This document shows, one piece after another, positions 52,583 to 59,371 of a DNA stretch of 64,000 bases; the stretch's first letter is position 1; every line of letters begins with the position of its first letter. Location: the NCBI GenBank assembly GCA_044070495.1, contig JBIPSI010000012.1:1-64000 (forward strand), written 5' to 3'. Both the position numbers and the translations under genes were made by a program. The notes under the pieces were generated by a model. That model made no database searches, was not told where the DNA came from, and was given only the letters and a program-made list of their open reading frames with translations. The stretch is from Spirulina sp. (GTDB lineage: Bacteria > Cyanobacteriota > Cyanobacteriia > Phormidesmidales > Phormidesmidaceae).

Positions 52583-52918
52583 CTAAGAGGTTTTACATGG
52601 AGTTCCTGTAGCTCTACAACGCCAAAGCCCAGCTCTTTTATAGCAGTCGTCAGAGGTTTTGTTGATTGCACAAGTCCAATTAGCGAAGTCTTTACCAGCG
52701 GCAATACGGACACGACTACGCCATTTTATGCGTGCAAATAGTCTTGCGGTTGACTTTCTGAAAGCACGACCAGTAGCCCCTGTCACTGGCCATAAACAAG
52801 TGTTGGTACACGCGGAGGGTTGTATACTTGATTCACCCTTTAGAAATATCGATTCACTTAAAGGTGCTGTGTTCAGGTCATCTCGCAGGATAGGACTAGA
52901 TTGTGCGGGTATTTTCAT
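52583..52918 (-). CDS. Cys-containing putative precursor with PatB-like N-terminus
   Basis: MKIPAQSSPILR...IQPS then ACTNTC; five Cys in the putative core. Confidence 0.75.
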   Translation of the reverse strand: MKIPAQSSPILRDDLNTAPLSESIFLKGESSIQPSACTNTCLWPVTGATGRAFRKSTARLFARIKWRSRVRIAAGKDFANWTCAINKTSDDCYKRAGLWRCRATGTPCKTS

Positions 52919-52974
52919 GGACGTCTTCCTCACGGCATTAAAATAAATTTGTTCAGCTCAGCGCACAAAGTAAT

Positions 52975-53038
52975 AGAACCCTTATGAGAGGGTGCAGGAT
53001 GATATCAACCCTTATGTTGCACCCTCTCATAAGGTTCT
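52975..53038. terminator. Long inverted repeat (about 21-bp arms): terminator or mRNA stabiliser
   Basis: AGAACC(C)TTATGAGAGGGTGCA ... TGCACCCTCTCATAAGGTTCT. Confidence 0.75.
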
Positions 53039-53087
53039 TTTTCAGTCAAATTTGTAAGTAAATGGCCTTTTTGACAAATGCCATTCA

Positions 53088-53363
53088 TCATTGATTAGCT
53101 CTCTTTGCGCAATCGTCCCGAGAGCCACCTTCTGGCCCAAACCTGCACCACAAAAATCTGGCGATTCTCCCTCCTCCCGGTTTTACTCTTTGTCCTGCCG
53201 CCGCTTCTTCAATCTCTTCGATTGAGAGCTGTTGCCGAGGCAAAAATTCCTCGATCTCTTCAATTGAAAACTCTTCCTGTGGCAACAGCCCGCGCAAAGT
53301 GTTAATTCTTGACGTAAGCACATCTTTACGAAGGCTTGCCTTGGATTGCATCGGAATTCTCAT
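53088..53363 (-). CDS. Putative precursor with PatB-like N-terminus and duplicated acidic segment
   Basis: MRIPMQSKASLR...GLLPQ; SIEEIEE twice; two Cys. Confidence 0.72.
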   Translation of the reverse strand: MRIPMQSKASLRKDVLTSRINTLRGLLPQEEFSIEEIEEFLPRQQLSIEEIEEAAAGQRVKPGGGRIARFLWCRFGPEGGSRDDCAKRANQ

Positions 53364-53431
53364 TTTTCATCCCCATTCAATAACTATTAGAATTCAAAAT
53401 CTTATTCTCAATCGATGCTTGTTTGACTTAT

Positions 53432-55363
53432 TTACCTCACGAACCACGATCGCACTCTCCCAACATTTACTGGACAAACATCACTCACGTCAACTGTAAA
53501 GCGATAGCATTTTCTGGCTTGTTCAAACACTCGTTGGGGATGAAAAAACGTTAGCTTCACATCCCAACAATCGGCTCCGGGGCGGCAGAGGGGACTTTTC
53601 TCCACATCAATCGATTCCAGATCGATTTCTTCATTCATGGCCGACTCAAAAATGCGTTCAATGTTGAAGGCATTGGTGGCGGCATAGTTGATGGCTCGCT
53701 CTTGGGGCGTAATTCCAAAATTGCGTAGTTCGTAGTAGACCCTGTCCAGAAAATTGGTCACTCCCTGCACCGCCGCCTCATCGGGTTCACTGCCACATAC
53801 CGCTTCGACTAGGGCCGAAGTGGTCCAGCTATACATGCAGCGGAGGGTCGGCAAAATGACCGGAACGACCTGTCCCGACATCAGCATGGCCTGTCCAGAG
53901 ATGATGCCAGGAATGGAAACCCGTTCAACGCCTTCTTCGATCTGTTCCCGCAGGAACTGACGCAACCGCCCAAAGCCCTGTTCCGCATAGGCTCCCTGGG
54001 GCATCACGACATAGATGGGGGTGGCATTCAGGCTCAGGGTCCAGAGGATGTCGGCGGCATCCCAGGGATCGGTATTGAGGTGTTGCAGCAGTTGTTGCGG
54101 GTCATTGGGATTAGCCCCTTCTCCCATGTGTTGCTGAATGGAGTCGCGGCGTGCTTCGGTGGCAAAGTCGTAGCCCAGCGTGCCCAATGCATAGACGAGT
54201 TGGGCAGGAGCACCGCCTCCCCCTTCACAACTACAGGCCGCAGGCTGTACGGCACTGGGGCTAATTTGAGTGGGGGACTGAGGAGACCGGGGCAGATCGG
54301 GCTCTAAGACTGCAACCTCGGCGGGAGCAGGACTGTAGCTGGCGGCCTGGATGGCGGCACGCGGTTGGGGCATGGGAGACGGTGATGCTTGTGCCGTATC
54401 TGGGGCTAGTTGGTTGGTTTGTAGATCTGTGGTTTCACTCATGGAGGTTCCTGGTGAACGAAGAATAGATAGGGCTCCTTGGATGTTGAGACGCCCTGCC
54501 AGCAGGCGATCGCACTCCTCAATGGGTTGGTCATCGCAGGTGATCGCACTCTGTAAAATGGCAGCTTTAATTGCTTTGGGGTCAGGGCGCTGGCCTTGTT
54601 TGACTTGCAGGCTCAAGAGCAGGGCGGCCACCCCAGACACAATGGCTGTGGCATAGCTAGTTCCGGTTTGGGGAGCGGTTTCGCCTCCCGGTACTGCGCC
54701 AACAATGTCCTGGCCAAGGGCTAAAATGCCTTGAGTTCGGTACTTTTCACCCCAGTTGCTAAAATCTAAGGGTTTGCCCTCGCTGTTCATGGCACCCACC
54801 GCCAAAACCGATGGCATCGCACCCGGAATGTGGAGACAATCGCAGCCGTCGTTGCCCACTGCGGACACAATTAAGATGTTTTGGTCGGTGCAATGGCGCA
54901 CGGCATTGGTGAGTAACAGATCGGCTTCGCCACTAGGGGTGAGTTGTCCCCCGCTGATGTTGATGACTTGTGCTCCCTGATTAGCCGCCGTGAGTATGGC
55001 TCTGGCTAAATCCACTTGAGAACAAGGGGTTAGAGAACCATCCTGACCATCGGTGAAGATAGGAATCGACAAGCCTCGACAATGGGGAGCGATTCCCTGT
55101 ATGTCTCCGTGATGCTGCCCTAGGATGATGCTGGCAACGTGAGTGCCGTGATACATAGCAGCCCCAGGGCTGGAACGATTGATTCCGAGGGCATTGGACA
55201 GGGTAATGTCGGCTTTTGCCAGATGGGGATGGGCGCGATCGCACTCCCCATCCAGAATCGCGATCAGAACATCCTCACAGCCCAGGGTAATATCCCAGAG
55301 ATCCTGTAAGCCGGGAATTCTAGAGGCAATAGTTGTGTTGGCAACGGGGGTGGTTGAAGACAC
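53432..55363 (-). CDS. PatA/PatG-family S8 (cyanobactin-type) protease with C-terminal PatG domains
   Basis: IAILDG, HGTHVAS and GTSYAT catalytic triad; INISGG; LVYALGTLGYDF..EARRD; ERAINYAATN; FTVDVSD. Confidence 0.92.
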   Translation of the reverse strand: MSSTTPVANTTIASRIPGLQDLWDITLGCEDVLIAILDGECDRAHPHLAKADITLSNALGINRSSPGAAMYHGTHVASIILGQHHGDIQGIAPHCRGLSIPIFTDGQDGSLTPCSQVDLARAILTAANQGAQVINISGGQLTPSGEADLLLTNAVRHCTDQNILIVSAVGNDGCDCLHIPGAMPSVLAVGAMNSEGKPLDFSNWGEKYRTQGILALGQDIVGAVPGGETAPQTGTSYATAIVSGVAALLLSLQVKQGQRPDPKAIKAAILQSAITCDDQPIEECDRLLAGRLNIQGALSILRSPGTSMSETTDLQTNQLAPDTAQASPSPMPQPRAAIQAASYSPAPAEVAVLEPDLPRSPQSPTQISPSAVQPAACSCEGGGGAPAQLVYALGTLGYDFATEARRDSIQQHMGEGANPNDPQQLLQHLNTDPWDAADILWTLSLNATPIYVVMPQGAYAEQGFGRLRQFLREQIEEGVERVSIPGIISGQAMLMSGQVVPVILPTLRCMYSWTTSALVEAVCGSEPDEAAVQGVTNFLDRVYYELRNFGITPQERAINYAATNAFNIERIFESAMNEEIDLESIDVEKSPLCRPGADCWDVKLTFFHPQRVFEQARKCYRFTVDVSDVCPVNVGRVRSWFVR

Positions 55364-55407
55364 GGGTTGACTCTAAGAGAGGGGGCGATCGCAGCAGCCT
55401 TAGCTTT

Positions 55408-55614
55408 CTAAAAAAGCAAAATAAACGACCACGTAGCAAAAGACTGTGATCCCTTTAAGGCCAAGGAATTTTTCTCGTGAGCCCACGGGATACTGCTATC
55501 TCCACCACCGCTGATATGAGTTGATTCTTGATCAGTCAAATCGCGAATATAACTGCTGGAATGTTTTTGGAGAGCAGTGACATTATTAGATTTAGGCGTT
55601 TGTCGGGGTTGCAT
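55408..55614 (-). CDS. Double-Gly leader peptide P9
   Basis: IRDLTDQESTHISGG / GDSSIPWAHEK...; GGAGG RBS. Confidence 0.8.
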   Translation of the reverse strand: MQPRQTPKSNNVTALQKHSSSYIRDLTDQESTHISGGGDSSIPWAHEKNSLALKGSQSFATWSFILLF

Positions 55615-55645
55615 TATCTATTTCCTCCAGATATTGATTGGAATC

Positions 55646-55924
55646 TCACCAAAGCAACGTGCCTCGAATTACGCCACCTTTGTTGGCTTGTCTTAAGGGA
55701 CTCAATTCGGCTTGAAATTCTTCTCGAAGTCGAACATGTGGTGTTGTTGAATACTCCCTCCCACTATCTACTTGAGTAACAACCTTAGTAAAAGCGTCAA
55801 ACATACCGCCTCGGATGTCACCTTGAGTAGTTTCGGGCATTTCTTCCCAGAGATGGCTATTTTGGCTTTGCGGATGCTTGAAGTTTTGAGGTTTAATTAC
55901 CGAGTTTTTGCAGAAAAATTTCAT
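55646..55924 (-). CDS. Double-Gly leader peptide P8 (core starts like phycocyanin beta)
   Basis: LWEEMPETTQGDIRGG / MFDAFTKVVTQVDSGREY... Confidence 0.85.
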   Translation of the reverse strand: MKFFCKNSVIKPQNFKHPQSQNSHLWEEMPETTQGDIRGGMFDAFTKVVTQVDSGREYSTTPHVRLREEFQAELSPLRQANKGGVIRGTLLW

Positions 55925-56020
55925 CACTAACCATCCTTGACAAACTAGCAAATTCTCAGCCGAACAACTGAACTGCCGAGGAGTCCCTGAAGTCGTTTTT
56001 AAGGTTATGCGATCGCACGG

Positions 56021-56284
56021 CTACTGGATGAGATGGGTTAGCTCATGGGCAAGGAGATTGCGACCAACAGAAACTGTGCCACCTCTTCCAGGACCATCGG
56101 AGGGGAACCTGAAGCCCAGATCACTAACTTCAGGTAAGGTGGAAAACAGTAGGATAGTGCCTCGGATTTCCCCACCTGCGTAGGCTTGCATTTGGTCTTC
56201 TGTCAAGTCTGTGGTTCCAATGGCAGACAGCGGATCTAACGAATTTGGATGTTGTGAAATTGAGTTTCTGGTTTTCTTGAACAT
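56021..56284 (-). CDS. Double-Gly leader peptide P7 (PsaA FX-loop-like and DUF4157-like motifs)
   Basis: DLTEDQMQAYAGG / EIRGT...LGFRFPSDGPGRGGT...GRNLLAHELTHLIQ; AAGGAG RBS. Confidence 0.87.
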   Translation of the reverse strand: MFKKTRNSISQHPNSLDPLSAIGTTDLTEDQMQAYAGGEIRGTILLFSTLPEVSDLGFRFPSDGPGRGGTVSVGRNLLAHELTHLIQ

Positions 56285-56339
56285 GAATGACTCCTTATGT
56301 AATCACTTTTCGGCAAGATAATCCCGGAAAGTGTAGGTA

Positions 56340-56540
56340 TTAGCCTCCTCCGATGCCAAGACCAAGGCCAACAGCACCTTTGTTCTTGGTGGAAGACCGA
56401 TCTAATTCTGCTGTTATAAAAATCAAAGAAAGTGCAATTGTTGCACCTCCTTCAAGAGTTCTTGATTGCTCGTCATTTAATTCTTGAAAGAGAGCAGGAT
56501 TAATCTGGGTACGCTTGGACTTTTGATTGGAAGAATCCAT
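56340..56540 (-). CDS. Double-Gly leader peptide P6
   Basis: LFQELNDEQSRTLEGG / ATIALSL...; AGGAG RBS. Confidence 0.85.
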   Translation of the reverse strand: MDSSNQKSKRTQINPALFQELNDEQSRTLEGGATIALSLIFITAELDRSSTKNKGAVGLGLGIGGG

Positions 56541-56575
56541 TTTCCAATTCTCCTGAGGTTTAGTGATTTTCTGTT

Positions 56576-56854
56576 TTACTGCGGTCTTGGCATTGCAGAA
56601 ACAAAGGGCAGTCGGGTGAAGAAGGTTGGGGCTTCAGCGACAACCGCATCGCCACCAAGATCAAAGATAAGGCAATCAACAATAGAGCCACTAGGTTCGT
56701 CAAAGATAGCAGAGTTCTCTGAAGGTTGATTCAGCGCGAAGATCACAGCTTTGCTAACGCCGCCTGCTAAGGTTCCTGACTGTTCATCGGTCAGAGGTTG
56801 TAGCAAGTTGAGATTGATCTGGTTGAGATTGGGTTGTTGATTAGGAGAAATCAT
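56576..56854 (-). CDS. Double-Gly leader peptide P5 (Walker-B-like and DnaK-like motifs)
   Basis: LLQPLTDEQSGTLAGG / VSKAV...IFDEPSGS...LIFDLGG. Confidence 0.85.
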   Translation of the reverse strand: MISPNQQPNLNQINLNLLQPLTDEQSGTLAGGVSKAVIFALNQPSENSAIFDEPSGSIVDCLIFDLGGDAVVAEAPTFFTRLPFVSAMPRPQ

Positions 56855-56861
56855 TGAAGAA

Positions 56862-57047
56862 TTACCCTCCTATTCCTAATCTGCCAGACAAACTCGATGT
56901 GGCTTGTGCAGGAATATAGGCGAAGGGATTGGCAAAGAGCAGCGGCCCGCCACCCGATATGGACTGCGACTGACTACTATCAAGTGATTCCCATAATTGA
57001 CTGTTTTTGAATTGCGGCTTAGGTGGTTTAGGTGGGTAATATTTCAT
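56862..57047 (-). CDS. Double-Gly leader peptide P4
   Basis: LWESLDSSQSQSISGG / GPLLFANPF...; GGAGG RBS. Confidence 0.85.
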   Translation of the reverse strand: MKYYPPKPPKPQFKNSQLWESLDSSQSQSISGGGPLLFANPFAYIPAQATSSLSGRLGIGG

Positions 57048-57118
57048 GGTTTTACCTCCATTAAACAAGCGTATTTATTTAGATTGGAACATGTCGGAAA
57101 TCGAGATATGGGAATATT

Positions 57119-57274
57119 TTACTCATACCCACCAACGTTTATATGGGGTTTGGTTGTTTCCCATCTAGTCTTTCCTCCAGCCGAAATAGTCTGTGACTGA
57201 TCTGTGTTTAGAGGTTGCCACAGTTGATCGTTTTGAAGTTGTAGCTTAGCTGATTTCGGTGAATGATGTTTCAT
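57119..57274 (-). CDS. Double-Gly-type leader peptide P3 (51 aa, not in the ORF track; EF-Tu-like core)
   Basis: My translation: MKHHSPKSAKLQLQNDQLWQPLNTDQSQTISAG / GKTRWETTKPHINVGGYE*. Confidence 0.85.
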   Translation of the reverse strand: MKHHSPKSAKLQLQNDQLWQPLNTDQSQTISAGGKTRWETTKPHINVGGYE

Positions 57275-57366
57275 GGTTTTGGCTCTATAGAACTATGTGA
57301 GTAGGCAGTGGTTAGTAAATGCTGCGAAGCCAACCATGATATTGGCTTCTTTTCGTTTTATGTAGT

Positions 57367-57564
57367 CTATGCCTGACGTCCTGGCCCATCACAGGGGAAT
57401 GATGAAAAGCCAAAATCTTTTTTGGGCGGTTCAGCACGAGCAAAAGGATTGGCAAATAGCAACACTCCACCTGAGATAGACTGTGACTGCTCTGGGGTGA
57501 GGGGCTGCCAAGGCGCAGCCTTTGAAGACTGAGCGTTAGTCGATTTGCGATGGTGATATTTCAT
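57367..57564 (-). CDS. Double-Gly leader peptide P2 (PsaB FX-loop-like motif)
   Basis: PWQPLTPEQSQSISGG / VLLFANPF...KKDFGFSSFPCDGPGRQA. Confidence 0.87.
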   Translation of the reverse strand: MKYHHRKSTNAQSSKAAPWQPLTPEQSQSISGGVLLFANPFARAEPPKKDFGFSSFPCDGPGRQA

Positions 57565-57597
57565 GATTTTGCCTCAATACAACAAAGACTTAGAGAG

Positions 57598-57679
57598 TAG
57601 ACCTCCTGCATAAATGCTTTTTAGGGGTCATGAGTCGTTGCGCGGCTCCGCCGCGCAACGATATCATGCAGGAAGTCTA
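57598..57679. mobile_element. MITE-like element with TA-flanked inverted ends and an internal hairpin
   Basis: TAGACCTCCTGCAT ... ATGCAGGAAGTCTA; internal TCGTTGCGCGG/CCGCGCAACGA stem. Confidence 0.7.
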
Positions 57680-57967
57680 GTGAGTATCAACCTCTAACTT
57701 GACTAGTTAGAGAGTGTTCAGAACCATGTCCTAGAGCCTCTGAACTCTCGTTTTAGAATTGGAGTCTCGACGAAATTCTTGCTCGGGAGTGTTCATGGTT
57801 TTGTGGGATAGCCGTCTCGGCTGTCCCCTTAGGAACAGGCCAGAGGCCCATCCCACAAGACCTTTAGGAGTTGGGCCTAATTTGTCTGTCAAAATTTACA
57901 CAAAAAACCGATCACTCTCCTTGTTCCCCATTCAGCTAGGTTCTCCCTGTTTCCGAACTACAACCAA

Positions 57968-58147
57968 TTACAATCCAGGGGGCAGCATGTCATAGCTATT
58001 CCAAATGGTGCATCCTTTTTCGGTGCAGACTGTTCTGAGATCAATCTTACGCCCACCATAAATTTTGGTACTTTGTTGATCGCTCAGTGGCGTTAACAGC
58101 ACATTATTGTTGATAGCTTGTGACCGATTAGGGGATATTAAGTTCAT
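57968..58147 (-). CDS. Double-Gly leader peptide P1 (59 aa, not in the ORF track)
   Basis: My translation: MNLISPNRSQAINNNVLLTPLSDQQSTKIYGG / RKIDLRTVCTEKGCTIWNSYDMLPPGL*; AAGGAGG RBS at about 58153-58159. Confidence 0.85.
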   Translation of the reverse strand: MNLISPNRSQAINNNVLLTPLSDQQSTKIYGGRKIDLRTVCTEKGCTIWNSYDMLPPGL

Positions 58148-58471
58148 TTTGACCTCCTTAAACGACTTAATCTATAGCTCAACCCTAAGCAATATCATTG
58201 AGTTTGTCTTGCACAGTTCTGCGATCGCTGCACATTCTTGCCGCGAGTTAACAAAACTTTATCTGAGCTTTGCGGAGAACTGCAGGCAATGGACGCAGGT
58301 ACTTCTAGGAGCAGACTCAAAGCCTGAAGCAATCTTGAGGCTCTGATAATTAGCTTGACCTTTGGCTACCCAAGACTCTATAAGAGCACTAGCTAGGTCG
58401 ATACAGACCGCTTGTAGTAGCGTAGGAACATATAAATCGAATCAGTCGAAAAGGAGAGCGGGAGTTGAGCC

Positions 58472-59371
58472 ATGTCTTTGCAGCAATCGCAGTCCTCTGT
58501 TACTGCGATATCAAATCGACTGACAGATGTCCTTGAACCCAACCCAACCCTACATAGCCATCACACAGGTTGGCGAAGTATTACGCTAGAGACTTTTGAT
58601 CTGGCGGCTGGAGAGACCTCTGAATATTGCTTGAAACATCACGTCGTGAGTATTCATACTGGGCCAGAAGCAGGGGTTCGCTTGAGGCGAATAACTGAAA
58701 ATCAGTGCGAGGAAGCAACATTATCATTAGGATCGGCGGCAATTTGTCCGACTCACCGTCCCCACTTTTTTGAGTTGAATGGTAATTCTAAAGCCCTCTG
58801 CCTGAATCTCAAGCCCGATCTGCTGCACTCCCATGCTACGGAACTGTTTGGTCGCGATCGCGTAGAGTTACTTCCCAAAATGGGCATTCAAGATGGCTTG
58901 ATTTACCAACTTGGCCTAGCCCTGCAGACAGATCTATGTAGGCAAGCTAATTCCGATCGCCTCTATGCTGAGGCCTTAGCAACGACGCTAGCACTCCATC
59001 TCTTAAGGCATTACTCCACCTTTGGCGATCGTTATCCTACCTGCAAAGGAAAACTGTCGCCGAAAAAGCTGAAGCTTGTCACTGACTATATCAACGACAA
59101 TTTAGCCAGGGAACTAAGTTTAAAAGAACTGGCTGTGATCACTCAATTGAGCCAGCATCATTTCTGCCGTACATTTAAGCGTTCTACTGGTCTAAGTCCC
59201 CATCAATATGTGATTCGACAACGGGTAGAACGCGCCAAACGATTGCTTAAGCAGGGTTCAATGCCCCTGGCAGACATTGCCATAAGCTGTGGCTTCAACC
59301 ATCAGAGTCATCTCCATCGCCATTTCAAGCGACTGACCGGGGTCACACCTCTAAACTGGCTAGATTCATGA
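58472..59371 (+). CDS. AraC-family transcriptional regulator
   Basis: C-terminal double HTH (HFCRTFKRSTGLSPHQY...CGFNHQSHL..HFKRLTGVTP); divergent from the peptide array. Confidence 0.93.
   Translation: MSLQQSQSSVTAISNRLTDVLEPNPTLHSHHTGWRSITLETFDLAAGETSEYCLKHHVVSIHTGPEAGVRLRRITENQCEEATLSLGSAAICPTHRPHFFELNGNSKALCLNLKPDLLHSHATELFGRDRVELLPKMGIQDGLIYQLGLALQTDLCRQANSDRLYAEALATTLALHLLRHYSTFGDRYPTCKGKLSPKKLKLVTDYINDNLARELSLKELAVITQLSQHHFCRTFKRSTGLSPHQYVIRQRVERAKRLLKQGSMPLADIAISCGFNHQSHLHRHFKRLTGVTPLNWLDS

Noticed and set aside
56340..56444. P6 core resembling Hcp (ITKELDKSS) or ATP synthase subunit c (AVGLAAIGPGIG)
   Set aside because: The similarity is too short and low-complexity to assign a donor by eye.
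55408..58147. psaA, psaB, cpcB, tuf or dnaK pseudogenes
   Set aside because: Matches are only 7-18 aa, lie in intact ORFs behind conserved leaders (most with a clear RBS), and the flanks do not continue the donor sequence.
52583..58147. Canonical cyanobactin or lanthipeptide cluster
   Set aside because: No heterocyclase, macrocyclase partner, PatE cassette or LanM in the window; most cores have few or no Cys.
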